64,000 nt of DNA from Massilia sp. (GCA_036676245.1 JAKFDH010000138.1:44391-108390), one strand, 5' to 3'; positions 31,043 to 43,664 are shown, counted from the stretch's first letter. Made by a program: numbers and translations. Notes: generated from the letters alone by a model not told the origin.

Positions 31043-31590
31043 TTCGTTATCTCCTTGCTTTCCTGCAGTTCCAGCTTCGACATGCGCTCGACCCATTCGC
31101 CGCTGGCATCCTGTACCAATTCCCGGATATTGATTGCTGTCTCGTTCAGGCCGACGATGAGGCCGAAGTTCTGGCCCAAATGCTGTCCCACCTTGACCTG
31201 GTGCACGGCGCTGCCGATCTGCAGCAGCGCATAGGTGACGCCGGCCTTCTGCATCACCCCGACCATCTTCATCGTATCGAGCGGGAAAGCCTCGAGCAAT
31301 TCCTTGCGCCGGTTCATGTCCGGCCTGAACTTGTTGTCCGACTTGGCGGCCAGCCTGGCCAGTTCGACCAGCAGCTTGTTCGGATCGTAGGGATCGACCT
31401 CGTCGCGCAGGGTGTACGCGTAGGGGACGAAGGTCTTCGGTTCCGACAGCGGCGGCACGTTCGGTTTGGTGTCCTGCTTGGTCTTGGACATCCACTGGCG
31501 GACTTCCTTGACGTCGCTGTCGCTGCAGCCTGCCAGCAGGGACGCGCCGAGCAGCAGCGCGGCGGTGGTACGGAGTCGGATCGTCATCAT
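31039..31590 (-). CDS. pilP: Type IV pilus lipoprotein PilP
   Basis: Lipobox LLAGC; RRKELLEAFPLD, VKVGQHLGQNFG, GEWVER. Confidence 0.95.
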   Translation of the reverse strand: MMTIRLRTTAALLLGASLLAGCSDSDVKEVRQWMSKTKQDTKPNVPPLSEPKTFVPYAYTLRDEVDPYDPNKLLVELARLAAKSDNKFRPDMNRRKELLEAFPLDTMKMVGVMQKAGVTYALLQIGSAVHQVKVGQHLGQNFGLIVGLNETAINIRELVQDASGEWVERMSKLELQESKEITK

Positions 31591-32261
31591 TATTTGCCCG
31601 CTCCCTTGGCTTTCTTGGCCTTTTCGGCGGCGGCCTTGCGCTGCGCCATCGCTTCCTCGGGATCGAGGTAGCGGAAGGTCTTGGCCACCGCGTCCAGCGT
31701 CAGGGTGCCGTTCGGCCCGGCCGTCAGCGCCATGTTGTTGAGCGTGACGATGCGCGGCAGGTTGGCCATGTCGCTGGCGAAGGCGCCCACGTCGTGGTAG
31801 CTGCCGGTGACCTTGATGTCGATCGGCTGCTCGGCGTAGTAGTCGCGCACCAGCACCTGGCCCGGCTTGAACAGGTCGAACTGCAGGCCGCGGCCGACGC
31901 CGGCCTGGTTGATGTCCGACAGCAGCGCGGCCATCTCGGCCTTGCTCGGCAACTGCTTCTGCAGGCGCTCGACGTAGACGTCGACGTCGGCCTTCTGCTT
32001 GATCAGCGTGTCCAGGTTGATCGCCTGGGCGATCTTGGTGGTGTACTCCTCGCGCAGCCGCAGTTCCTCGGCGGCGCCGGCTTCCTGCTCCTCGAACTGG
32101 GTGCTCCAGTAGCCGAAGTAGCCCAGGGCGATGACGGCCGCCATCACGCCGATCGCGCACAGCAGGCGCGGGGCGATCGGCCACATGCCCGGATGGCGTC
32201 CCGACAGGCCCTGGAACTGGCTGCCGAGGGAAGTGCCCATTTCTTTCAGGTCTATATTCAT
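31590..32261 (-). CDS. pilO: Type IV pilus assembly protein PilO
   Basis: QLPSKAEMAALLSDINQAG, GSYHDVGAF, LPRIVTL, AKTFRY. Confidence 0.96.
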   Translation of the reverse strand: MNIDLKEMGTSLGSQFQGLSGRHPGMWPIAPRLLCAIGVMAAVIALGYFGYWSTQFEEQEAGAAEELRLREEYTTKIAQAINLDTLIKQKADVDVYVERLQKQLPSKAEMAALLSDINQAGVGRGLQFDLFKPGQVLVRDYYAEQPIDIKVTGSYHDVGAFASDMANLPRIVTLNNMALTAGPNGTLTLDAVAKTFRYLDPEEAMAQRKAAAEKAKKAKGAGK

Positions 32262-32278
32262 GTCTTGTCCGATCTCGG

Positions 32279-32968
32279 CTACTTGGCCGCGGGCGCAGCC
32301 GCGGGAAGCGCAGGGGCCGCAGCGGCAGGCGCGCCGGCAGCGGCAGGCGCACCGGCAGCGGGCGCCGCCGCACCGGCCTTCGCCGCTTCGGCCAGCGCAG
32401 CTTCCTTGTCGCGCGGGCGCTTGATGCCCACGACCATATTGAACTCGACCACGCGCTTGCCGGTCGAGCTCTTGGCCAGCGGGACCGCGCGGACCTCGCC
32501 CAGGTCAGGACGCTCGAGCCATTGCGAATTGTCGGCCACGTTGCGCAGCAGTTCGGCGACCCGCTCCTGCGACTGGGCATAGCCGAGCAGGGTCACGCGC
32601 TGGCCCTCCTGCTTGAAGGCCTTCAGGTAGACGCCGGCCGGGGTCTGCTTGACCAGCTCGTCGAGCAGCAGCACCGGGGTGTTGCGGTCGCTCTGCAAGT
32701 CCTCGACCGCCTGCTGGCGCGCCTTGAGCGCTTCGATTTCCTGCTTCAGGGTCGCGATCTCGGCGATCTGCTTGTCGAGCACGAGGTTCTCGGCGCGGAT
32801 CACTTCATTGCGTTCGTTCTGGATCGAGATGCGGCTGGCGTTGTAGCCGCCCACCAGGACCACGATCACGCCGCCGACGATGGCGCCGAAGGCCAGCAGG
32901 GCGACGAAGGCGGCCTTCTTCTGTTTGCGTTTCGCTTCCCGGTGCGGGAGCAGGTTAATCTTGATCAT
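32279..32968 (-). CDS. pilN: Type IV pilus assembly protein PilN with an Ala/Pro-rich tail
   Basis: INLLPHRE N-terminal motif, TM helix, coiled coil. Confidence 0.95.
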   Translation of the reverse strand: MIKINLLPHREAKRKQKKAAFVALLAFGAIVGGVIVVLVGGYNASRISIQNERNEVIRAENLVLDKQIAEIATLKQEIEALKARQQAVEDLQSDRNTPVLLLDELVKQTPAGVYLKAFKQEGQRVTLLGYAQSQERVAELLRNVADNSQWLERPDLGEVRAVPLAKSSTGKRVVEFNMVVGIKRPRDKEAALAEAAKAGAAAPAAGAPAAAGAPAAAAPALPAAAPAAK

Positions 32969-34044
32969 CAGCCAAACCTCCGCATCGCCAGGCCGCAGGC
33001 GACCAGGTAGGCCGGCGCTTCCTGGCGCAGTTGCGACTCGCGTACCGACGACGCCAGCTGCATGCCCTTGAATGGCGACACCACGGCGCTCGAGATCTTG
33101 GTGCGGCTGGCGACGATGTCGAGCAGGCCGGGGATCAGCGCGCAGCCGCCGGCCAGGAACAGCTGGTCGATGCGGGTGTACGGGGTCGATGTGTAGAAGA
33201 ACTGGATCGCACGCGTCACTTCGAGCGCGGCATTTTCGAGGAAGGGCATCAGCAGCTCGGCCTGGTAACCCTCGGGCAGGTCGCCGGTCTTCTTCTTGGC
33301 GTCGGCGTCGTCGAAGGACAGGCCGTAGGCGCGCACGATGTCCTGGGTCAACTGGTTGCCGCCGAACGGCTGCTCGCGCTCATAAATGGTTTCGCCGTCG
33401 AGCATGACGGAGATGTGGGTGACCTGGGCGCCGATCTGGAACAGCGCGACGATCTGGTCCTGGCCGGCCTGCGGCAGCTGGGCCGTCACGCGGTCGAGGG
33501 CGGCGCGCGCCGCATACGATTCGATGTCCATCACCACGGCCGACAGGCCGGCCGCTTCGGCGATCGCGACGCGGTCCTCGACCTTTTCCTTGCGCGACGC
33601 GGCCAGCATCACTTCGACGTCCTCGACCGAGGCGGCGGACGGGCCGAGCACATCGAAGTCCAGGCTCACTTCGTCGAGCGCGAACGGGATATACTGGCTG
33701 GCCTCGGATTCGACCTGCACTTCGAGCTGGTCTTCGGACAGGCCGGCTGGCAGGATGATCTTCTTGGTGATGACGGAGGCCGGCGGCATGCCGAGCGCGA
33801 CGTGCTTGATGCGGGTGCCGCTTTTCTTCCAGACGCGGCGCACCGCTTCCGACACCTGTTCGAGGTTTTCGATATTGCCGTCGACGACGGCGCCGCGCGG
33901 GAACGGCTCGGACGCATAGCGCTCGAGCCGCAGTTCATTCTTTCCGACCACCGACAGTTCGACCAGCCGCACGCCGGACGTACTGATGTCCAGGCCGATC
34001 AGCGGTGGTGTAGCTTGTCCGAACAAGGAACCTAGATTGACCAT
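32968..34044 (-). CDS. pilM: Type IV pilus assembly protein PilM
   Basis: GLDISTSGVRLVEL, YIPFALDEVSLDF, FGGNQLT, LAGG, ACGLAMR. Confidence 0.96.
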   Translation of the reverse strand: MVNLGSLFGQATPPLIGLDISTSGVRLVELSVVGKNELRLERYASEPFPRGAVVDGNIENLEQVSEAVRRVWKKSGTRIKHVALGMPPASVITKKIILPAGLSEDQLEVQVESEASQYIPFALDEVSLDFDVLGPSAASVEDVEVMLAASRKEKVEDRVAIAEAAGLSAVVMDIESYAARAALDRVTAQLPQAGQDQIVALFQIGAQVTHISVMLDGETIYEREQPFGGNQLTQDIVRAYGLSFDDADAKKKTGDLPEGYQAELLMPFLENAALEVTRAIQFFYTSTPYTRIDQLFLAGGCALIPGLLDIVASRTKISSAVVSPFKGMQLASSVRESQLRQEAPAYLVACGLAMRRFG

Positions 34045-34417
34045 CACGAGCGTGCTCCCTCTACCTGCCAACAACATGGTTTACGCTGCAAAAGTTGCAC
34101 AGCAGAACGAAAAACGAAAACGCCCGTCAAGGGATTTTGCTTGTATAACCGGCATTTGCTGTTATAAAACCGCCATTTAGGCGGCATACGTAAGACTCTA
34201 CATTAAATCGTAGCAACAACCGAGAGCGTATGTAAAGGTATTTCTGCATTGGAATTTTGCAGCGACGGGCGGGAAAGCCACACTCTGTGAACCTGCCGAC
34301 ATCTTAGTTGTCGGCAGGTTCATGCCCCCTCTTGAGCCTGCCCAGCCGCAGCGCGCCGCCGGCCGGTAGCGTGCTTTATAATGGGCCGCACCCACAAAAC
34401 GGAAAGATTCAACCTGC

Positions 34418-36763
<2,346 letters not shown>

Positions 36764-36771
36764 TTAGCAGG

Positions 36772-36794
36772 AAAATCGGGGACAGACCCCGATT
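36772..36794 (-). terminator. Hairpin/terminator between convergent mrcA and cyaY
   Basis: AATCGGGG-ACAGA-CCCCGATT with a T tail on the minus strand. Confidence 0.55.
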
Positions 36795-36819
36795 ATCACC
36801 GCCGCCTGCCAGTCAGGAT

Positions 36820-37149
36820 CTACAGGCTCACTTCCGCCCCGCCCTGGGCGCTGGCCAGCAGCGACAGCGCCGCGAACAGCTCGCTGCCGTCGCGGGTGTT
36901 GATCCACTTGCCGCCGGCCTGCTGCCGGTAGTGGAAGCCGCCCGACTTGGCCGCCACCCAGATTTCCTGCATCGCGGCCTGGGTGTTGACGATGATCTTG
37001 GAGCCGTTGTCGATGAACTCGATCTCGAGCACGTTGCCGCTGCGCTTGCACTCGACGTCGAGCACATCCTCGTCGTTGAGGCGGTCCATCGCCGTCTCGA
37101 TCTTGTTCAGCGCCGTTTCCGCCTCGTCCAAAAATGTTTTTTCGCTCAT
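36820..37149 (-). CDS. cyaY: Iron donor protein CyaY (frataxin)
   Basis: GNVLEIEF, KIIVNTQ, EIWVAAKSGGFHY. Confidence 0.95.
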   Translation of the reverse strand: MSEKTFLDEAETALNKIETAMDRLNDEDVLDVECKRSGNVLEIEFIDNGSKIIVNTQAAMQEIWVAAKSGGFHYRQQAGGKWINTRDGSELFAALSLLASAQGGAEVSL

Positions 37150-37190
37150 GCTACACTCCAAGGTCTTCCAATCAAACCGTGATTCTAATC

Positions 37191-37367
37191 GTGAAGTCAT
37201 CCACTGCGCTTAATACCGCCGCTGCCGCCGTGGTCTTCGGCTTGCTGTCAGCCTGCGGCCAGACCGGCCCGCTGTACATGCCCAAGCCGCCCGCCAAACC
37301 CGCACAGCCGGCCACCCCGCCTGGCGCGGCGCCGGCCACGACTCCCGCTCCCACCTCCGCACAATAA
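37191..37367 (+). CDS. lptM: Small lipoprotein LptM/YifL
   Basis: LSACGQTGPLYMP signature, between cyaY and lysA; GTG start inferred. Confidence 0.8.
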   Translation: MKSSTALNTAAAAVVFGLLSACGQTGPLYMPKPPAKPAQPATPPGAAPATTPAPTSAQ

Positions 37368-37374
37368 GAAAGCC

Positions 37375-38652
37375 ATGTCGCACTTCTCCTACCAGAACGG
37401 CGCGCTGCACGCCGAAAGCACCCCGCTGTCCAAGATCGCCGAACAATTCGGCACCCCGACCTATGTCTACTCGAAGTCGGCCCTGCTGAACAACTTCGAC
37501 GCCTACCACGACGCCTGCCGCGGCCGCGACGCGCTGGTCTGCTACGCGATGAAGGCCAATTCGAACCTCGCCATCCTGAACCTGCTGGCGCGGCGCGGCG
37601 CCGGCTTCGACATCGTCTCGGGCGGCGAACTGCTGCGCGTGATCGCCGCCGGCGGCCACCCGCGCAAGGTGATTTTCTCCGGCGTCGGCAAGACCGTCGC
37701 CGAAATGCGCCTGGCGCTGTCGCACGAGATCCTGTGCTTTAACGTCGAATCGATCCCCGAACTGCACCGCCTGAACCAGGTGGCCGGCGCGATGGGCAAG
37801 ATCGCGCCGGTGTCGCTGCGCGTGAACCCGAACGTGGACGCCAAGACCCACCCCTACATCGCGACCGGCCTGAAGGCCAACAAGTTCGGCGTCGCCTTCG
37901 ACGACGCGCTCGACACCTACCGCGCCGCGCACGCGCTGCCGCACCTGCGGGTCGAAGGCATCGACTGCCACATCGGCTCGCAGCTGCTGGACGACGCCCC
38001 GCTGCTCGAGGCGCTCGACAAGCTGATCGAACTGATCGACACGCTGGGCGCCGAGGGCATCGTACTGCACCACCTGGACATGGGCGGCGGCGTCGGCATC
38101 AACTACGGCGAGGCGGGCGAAGCCGAACCGGTGCCGGTGGCCGACTACCTGGCGCGCGTGTTCGGGCGCATCGACGCCTGGCGCGCCGAGCGCCACGCGG
38201 GCGCGCCGATCAAGGTGATCTTCGAACCGGGCCGCTCGATCGTCGGCGACACCGGCCTGCTGCTCACCAGCGTCGAGTTCCTCAAGCCGGGCAGCGAAAA
38301 GAATTTCTGCGTGGTCGACGCGGCCATGAACGACCTGATGCGCCCTGCCCTGTACCAGGCGTGGATGGACGTCAAGCAGGTCGGTCCGGACAGCGGCGAG
38401 GCGGTGGTGTACGACGTGGTGGGACCGGTATGCGAGTCGGGCGACTGGCTGGCGCGCGAGCGTTCGCTGGCGGTGCGGCAGGGCGACCTGCTGGCCATCA
38501 TGCAGGCCGGCGCGTATGGACTGACCATGTCCTCGAACTACAACACGCGCGGCCGCGCGGCGGAAGTGATCGTCGACGGCGAGCAGGTGCACCTGGTGCG
38601 CCAGAGGGAGAACCCGGCGGATTTGTTTGCGCTGGAATCCACGCTGAAGTAA
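37375..38652 (+). CDS. lysA: Diaminopimelate decarboxylase
   Basis: YAMKAN (PLP Lys), HIGSQ, EPGR, GPVCE, AGAYG..MSSNYN. Confidence 0.97.
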   Translation: MSHFSYQNGALHAESTPLSKIAEQFGTPTYVYSKSALLNNFDAYHDACRGRDALVCYAMKANSNLAILNLLARRGAGFDIVSGGELLRVIAAGGHPRKVIFSGVGKTVAEMRLALSHEILCFNVESIPELHRLNQVAGAMGKIAPVSLRVNPNVDAKTHPYIATGLKANKFGVAFDDALDTYRAAHALPHLRVEGIDCHIGSQLLDDAPLLEALDKLIELIDTLGAEGIVLHHLDMGGGVGINYGEAGEAEPVPVADYLARVFGRIDAWRAERHAGAPIKVIFEPGRSIVGDTGLLLTSVEFLKPGSEKNFCVVDAAMNDLMRPALYQAWMDVKQVGPDSGEAVVYDVVGPVCESGDWLARERSLAVRQGDLLAIMQAGAYGLTMSSNYNTRGRAAEVIVDGEQVHLVRQRENPADLFALESTLK

Positions 38653-38658
38653 ATCCCT

Positions 38659-38706
38659 GACCCGTAGGGCGGAAGAGCGCGTAGCGCGACATCCGCCCTA
38701 CGGGTC
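38659..38706. repeat. GTAG-type REP palindrome (family B), probably also a terminator
   Basis: GACCCGTAGGGCGGA...TCCGCCCTACGGGTC 15-bp arms between convergent lysA and msrQ. Confidence 0.7.
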
Positions 38707-39324
38707 TCAGGCCAGCATCGCCGCCTTCCTGCGGCGCCAGACCACCCTTAACGCCAGCAGCCCGAACACGATCGCCCCCGTGATCACCGGCTCGGTAAAA
38801 TCGTTCTTCCCCGCCTTCATCCACCAGAAGTGCAAGATCCCCAGCGGCGCGATCAGGTAAATGAGCCGGTGCAGCCATTGCCAGCGCTTGCCGCCCAGAC
38901 GCCTGATCATCGCATTCGTGCTCGTCGCCGCCAGCGGAACGAGCAGCACGAAGGCGATGAAGCCCACCGTGATGAACGGCCGCTTGAGCACATCCCTGAA
39001 CATCGCCGCCAGGTCGAAGAAATGGTCGAACCACAGGAAGGTCATGAAGTGCAGCGCGCCATAGAAAAACGCGAACAGCCCCGCCATGCGGCGCAGCTTG
39101 AGCACCCAGTTCCAGCCCGACAGCCTGCGCAAGGGCGTGACCGCCAGCGTGATGCACAGGAAGTACAGCACCCAGTCGCCGGTGCTGCGCGTGATGGTTT
39201 CGAGCGGCTCGACCAGCTTGTCGGCCGCGACCAGGTACACCAGCCGCGCCAGCGGCAGCAGGGCCAGGGCGAACAGCGCCGCCTTGATGGCGCCGAACTG
39301 CCGGGGGCTCGGGTTGAAGGCCAT
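38707..39324 (-). CDS. msrQ: Methionine sulfoxide reductase heme-binding subunit MsrQ
   Basis: TLAVTPLR, RRMAGL, LAATS, WQWLHRLIY. Confidence 0.94.
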   Translation of the reverse strand: MAFNPSPRQFGAIKAALFALALLPLARLVYLVAADKLVEPLETITRSTGDWVLYFLCITLAVTPLRRLSGWNWVLKLRRMAGLFAFFYGALHFMTFLWFDHFFDLAAMFRDVLKRPFITVGFIAFVLLVPLAATSTNAMIRRLGGKRWQWLHRLIYLIAPLGILHFWWMKAGKNDFTEPVITGAIVFGLLALRVVWRRRKAAMLA

Positions 39325-39325
39325 G

Positions 39326-40303
39326 TCAGTAGTACTTCTTCAGGTCCATGCCCGCATACATCGATGCCACGTCCCCATAACCGTTGAACATCAGCGTGGG
39401 ACGCTTCTTCTTCAGGAAACCGTCTTCGCCGATGCGGCGCTCGCTCGCCTGCGACCAGCGCGGGTGGTCGACGTTCGGATTCACGTTCGAGTAGAAGCCG
39501 TACTCCGACGGCGCCGACACATTCCATGCCGTCTTCGGCTGGTCCCTGACGAAGCGGATCCGGACGATCGACTTGGCCGACTTGAAGCCGTACTTCCAGG
39601 GCACCACGATGCGCACCGGCGCGCCGTTCTGGTTCGGCAGCACCTGGCCGTACATGCCCATCGTCAGCAGGGTCAGCGGGTGGTTGGCCTCGTCGATGCG
39701 CAGGCCCTCGACGTACGGCCATTCCAGCACGCGGCTGCCGACGCCCGGCATCTGCTTGCGGTCGGCCAGGGTGACGAATTCGACATACTTGGCGTTCGAG
39801 GTCGGCTCGACCTTCTTGATCAGGGCCGACAGGCTGTAGCCGACCCAGGGGATGACCATCGACCAGCCTTCGACGCAGCGCAGCCGGTAGACCCGCTCTT
39901 CCAGCGGCGCCAGCTTGAGCAGGCTGTCGATGTCGAGCGTCATCGGCTTGGCCACCTCGCCCTCGATGCTGACCGTCCACGGCCGGGTCTTGAGCGTATG
40001 GGCGTTCTCGGCCGGGTCGGACTTGTCGGTGCCGAACTCGTAGAAATTGTTGTAGGTCGACGCGTCCTTGAACGGCGTCTTGTTGTCGATGACGGAATAG
40101 GCGGAATTCAGGGTGGCGGCCAGCTTCTGGGCCGGCGCCTGGGCGAAGGCTTCGCGGTTCGCCATTTCCCACAGCGCGCCGCCGGCGGCGGCGCCAAGCG
40201 CCATCTTCCTGATGAAGGCGCGCCGCTCTTCGTAGACGTGCCGGGGCGTGATTTCGGACGGGAACGGCAGGTCGAGGCCGTTCGGACTACGTTTGATCAG
40301 CAT
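39326..40303 (-). CDS. msrP: Periplasmic methionine sulfoxide reductase catalytic subunit MsrP (Moco, Tat-exported)
   Basis: SEITP, RRAFI Tat motif, [25 protein letters not shown]. Confidence 0.96.
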   Translation of the reverse strand: MLIKRSPNGLDLPFPSEITPRHVYEERRAFIRKMALGAAAGGALWEMANREAFAQAPAQKLAATLNSAYSVIDNKTPFKDASTYNNFYEFGTDKSDPAENAHTLKTRPWTVSIEGEVAKPMTLDIDSLLKLAPLEERVYRLRCVEGWSMVIPWVGYSLSALIKKVEPTSNAKYVEFVTLADRKQMPGVGSRVLEWPYVEGLRIDEANHPLTLLTMGMYGQVLPNQNGAPVRIVVPWKYGFKSAKSIVRIRFVRDQPKTAWNVSAPSEYGFYSNVNPNVDHPRWSQASERRIGEDGFLKKKRPTLMFNGYGDVASMYAGMDLKKYY

Positions 40304-40380
40304 GGCGTCTCCAGCAGTGAGGGTGTAAGGCTTGGTCGATCTACTTCGCCAAACCTTACACCAATTGCCTTAGAAACGTC

Positions 40381-41535
40381 TTAGAGTTTTCCGTAGGAAT
40401 GCAGGCCCGACAGGAACATATTTACACCGAGGAAGGCGAAGGTCGTCACCAGCAGGCCGATCAGCGCCCACCAGGCCGCCGGACGGCCGCGCAGGCCGCT
40501 CATCAGGCGCATGTGCAGCCAGGCCGCGTAGTTGAGCCAGACGATCAGCGCCCAGGTCTCCTTCGGGTCCCACGACCAGTAGCCGCCCCAGGCTTCGGCC
40601 GCCCACAGCGCGCCGAGGATGGTGGCCACGGTGAAGAAGGCGAAACCGACCGAGATCGACTTGTACATGACGTCGTCCAGCACCTCGAGCGCCGGCAGGC
40701 GGTCGGCCAGGATGCCGTGCGACTTGAGCAGGTAGGCGGTGCCGACCATCGCGGCCAGCGCGAAGGTGCCGTAGCCGATGAAGTTGGCCGGTACGTGGAT
40801 CTTCATCCACCAGCTTTGCAGCGCCGGCACCAGCGGCTGGATGTCGGCGGCGTCGCGCGTCACCGTGTACCACAGCAGGAAGCCGACGGCGGCGGCGATC
40901 ACCGGCAGCACGAAGGCGCCCATCTGGCGCGTCTTGTAGTGCTGCTCGTAATACAGGTAGAACATGGCGGTGATCATCATGAACAGGATGAACACTTCGT
41001 ACAGGTTCGACACCGGGATGTGGCCGACGTCGGCGCCGACCAGGTAGGACTCGTACCAGCGCACCAACATGCCGGTCCAGCCCAGCACCACGGCGGCCCA
41101 GCACAGCCTGGAACCGATCGCGCCGCCGAAGCCGCTCTTGCTCGCCAGCCCCAGCCAGTAGAACACGGTCGAGAACACGAACAGCGTGCTCATCCACAGG
41201 ATCGCGGACTGCGAGGACAGCATGTACTTCAGGAAGAATTTCTTGTTGCCCATGTCGAGGCTGCCCGCGTACAGCGAGATCGCCCACAACGACAGCAGCG
41301 CCACCACCGGCATCAGCCAGCGCACCGGCTTCCAGTGCCAGCCGAGCGCGGCGAAGGTCGGCGCGGTCAGCACCAGGATCACCTTTTCGTAGATGTCCAT
41401 GTAGGCGCCGTAGCGGGCCAGCGCGAACAGCGCCGCCCCCGCCAGCGCGGCGGCGAACAGCCAGTCGGCCGGGCCCAGGCGCTTGAAATAGCCGGGCGCT
41501 TGGGTATAAGTTTGCGTTTGCGAAATTTCCATCAT
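40381..41535 (-). CDS. ccsA: System II cytochrome c synthase, WWD-domain subunit (CcsA/ResC family)
   Basis: WAAEAWGGYWSWDPKETW, LQSWWMKIHVP, GLHSY. Confidence 0.93.
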   Translation of the reverse strand: MMEISQTQTYTQAPGYFKRLGPADWLFAAALAGAALFALARYGAYMDIYEKVILVLTAPTFAALGWHWKPVRWLMPVVALLSLWAISLYAGSLDMGNKKFFLKYMLSSQSAILWMSTLFVFSTVFYWLGLASKSGFGGAIGSRLCWAAVVLGWTGMLVRWYESYLVGADVGHIPVSNLYEVFILFMMITAMFYLYYEQHYKTRQMGAFVLPVIAAAVGFLLWYTVTRDAADIQPLVPALQSWWMKIHVPANFIGYGTFALAAMVGTAYLLKSHGILADRLPALEVLDDVMYKSISVGFAFFTVATILGALWAAEAWGGYWSWDPKETWALIVWLNYAAWLHMRLMSGLRGRPAAWWALIGLLVTTFAFLGVNMFLSGLHSYGKL

Positions 41536-41567
41536 GTTCTCCAGGCACTGCCGCCGTGCACTTCAGT

Positions 41568-43664
41568 TTATGCCGATTGCGGCAGTTTGGTTTTCAAGTC
41601 CGTGAATTCGTGCTCGAAATCGAGCGTTTTGCGCTGGGTGCTCATCGCCATCAGCGCATGGGCGCCGCCCTCGGCGGCCCGCACCCACACCCACAGCCTG
41701 CGCTCGCGGATGTAGAACATCGCGAACACGCCCAGCACCAGGAACACGCAGCCGAGGTAGACCACGGCCTTGCCCGGCGAGCGCGTCACCTGCAGCACCG
41801 AAGCCTTGACCTCGGTGAATTCGTCGAGCTGCAGGTAGACCGGGGCGCCGTAGAAGAAGCTGTCCGACAGTGCATTGGTGGCCAGCTGCAGGAAGCGCGC
41901 ATGCTGGTCATTGCCTTCGACCGGGCCGAGGCCATCGTTCGCGCGCGCGGCCTGCCACAGGTCCCACAAGGTGCCGTTGAGCATCTTCATGAAGATGCCG
42001 GCCGCCTTTTCCTGCTCCGCCGGCGGCAGCTTCTCGAGGAAGGCGGCGACCGCCTTGAAGCCGCCCTCGCCGCCGCCTTCGCCGGCGAAGATGCCGAGGG
42101 TCTGGATCGCCGAGTTTTCGAGCTGGGCGCTGAGCGCGGCCGCGGCGGCGTTCGCGCCGGGCGGGATCGCGCGTTTGGCATAGCTGGCGCCTGCCTGCCG
42201 GCGCAAGTCCGGGTTGGCCAGCGCGGCGCGCAGGCGCATCCATTCCTTGACGGTATAGGCGTCGTCGGCCGGGATGCGCAGGTAGCTGAAGCCTTCCGAC
42301 GGCGACGAACGCATGCCGGCCAGGAACACCATGGCGCCGTCGAGCGTCACCGGCTGCATGTAGTTCTGGTATTCGCGGGCCTGGCCGGTCTTGTCGCGCA
42401 GCTTGTACTGGACGCTCGGGCCGACGTTCTTCAGGTCCTTGTTGTTGGCGTTCTTGGCGGCCGAGCCGGAATGCTTGTCGAGGCTGGCGGCGAAGGCCTC
42501 GCCCAGCGCGCCGCCCTTTTCCACGGCGCGCACATCGTTGGTATTGGTGTTCTCGACGTTAAAGGGACGGAAGTCCGACCATTCGACCGAGAATTCCTCG
42601 GCGCCGCGCTTGAGCGGGGTGGCCAGGCCGACCTCGCCCTTGAGCTCGAACGGCGCCTGTCCGGTGCCGCTCATCGGGAAGCCGGTCAGTTTCAGGCGCG
42701 TGCCGCCATCCTCGAAGCTGGACTGGTAGACCGCCACGCCGCCGTAGATCAGCGGTTCGTTGACCTTGATCGTGGCCGGGAAGGTCTTGCCGGTCTCCTT
42801 GTCGCGCACCATGACGTCGCTGGCGAACAGCTTGGGCATGCCGGTGCTGTAGAAATCGATGTGGAACTTGACCAGCTGGATCGTGAACGGCAGGTCCTGC
42901 AGCAGCACGCCGCTGTCCTGCGCGATGATGGCCGTCTCGCCGGCCTGGCCTTCGGAAATCTTCAGGTTGCCGCGGTAGGTCGGATTGCCCAGGCCGAGGC
43001 GGTGCTGGGCCGGGATGTCGGCGATCACGCCGGTGCCGGCGAACGGGGTCTTGCCGAAGAACAGGCGCTGGAACTGGATCGGCAAGTCGGAATCGAGCAC
43101 CCCGCCCAGCAGGATGATAATGATGGCGCTGTGCGCGAAGATGTAGCCGAACTTGTTGGCCGCGCCCTTCTTGGCGGCAACGAGGATGCCGTTTTCCTTC
43201 TCCACGACCTTGACCGCGTAACCGGCATGCGCGAGGCGCTGCGCGCTCTGGGCGGCCAAGGCGGCGGCGTCCAGCGGGGCCACCCATTCGGCCTTGTGGT
43301 GGAAGTTGCGCAGCGAAACTTCGCGCACATTCAGCCGCCAACTACGCATATCTTTCAACATCTTCGGCGTATTGCGGATGATGCAAAGGCTGGTCGAGGT
43401 GATCAGGAACGCCAGGATCAGCAGGAACCACCAGGCCGAATACACCTGGTACAGGCCGAGCTTGGCGAACACGGCGAACCAGAACGGGCCGAACTGGTTG
43501 ACGTAGTCGGGCATCGGCGCGTTTTGCGGCATGACGGTGCCGATCATCGCGGCGAAGCAGATCACGGTCAGCAGGCTGATCGCGAAGCGCATCGAGGACA
43601 CCAGCTCGACCAGTTCGGCCACCCAGCGGCGCCGGGTGTTGATTTCAATTCCGGTGGTGCTCAT
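41568..43664 (-). CDS. resB: System II cytochrome c biogenesis protein ResB/CcsB
   Basis: ATG at 43664; SMRFAISLL, IKVNEPL, VYQSSF, TRSPG...YLG, RERRLW. Confidence 0.93.
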   Translation of the reverse strand: MSTTGIEINTRRRWVAELVELVSSMRFAISLLTVICFAAMIGTVMPQNAPMPDYVNQFGPFWFAVFAKLGLYQVYSAWWFLLILAFLITSTSLCIIRNTPKMLKDMRSWRLNVREVSLRNFHHKAEWVAPLDAAALAAQSAQRLAHAGYAVKVVEKENGILVAAKKGAANKFGYIFAHSAIIIILLGGVLDSDLPIQFQRLFFGKTPFAGTGVIADIPAQHRLGLGNPTYRGNLKISEGQAGETAIIAQDSGVLLQDLPFTIQLVKFHIDFYSTGMPKLFASDVMVRDKETGKTFPATIKVNEPLIYGGVAVYQSSFEDGGTRLKLTGFPMSGTGQAPFELKGEVGLATPLKRGAEEFSVEWSDFRPFNVENTNTNDVRAVEKGGALGEAFAASLDKHSGSAAKNANNKDLKNVGPSVQYKLRDKTGQAREYQNYMQPVTLDGAMVFLAGMRSSPSEGFSYLRIPADDAYTVKEWMRLRAALANPDLRRQAGASYAKRAIPPGANAAAAALSAQLENSAIQTLGIFAGEGGGEGGFKAVAAFLEKLPPAEQEKAAGIFMKMLNGTLWDLWQAARANDGLGPVEGNDQHARFLQLATNALSDSFFYGAPVYLQLDEFTEVKASVLQVTRSPGKAVVYLGCVFLVLGVFAMFYIRERRLWVWVRAAEGGAHALMAMSTQRKTLDFEHEFTDLKTKLPQSA

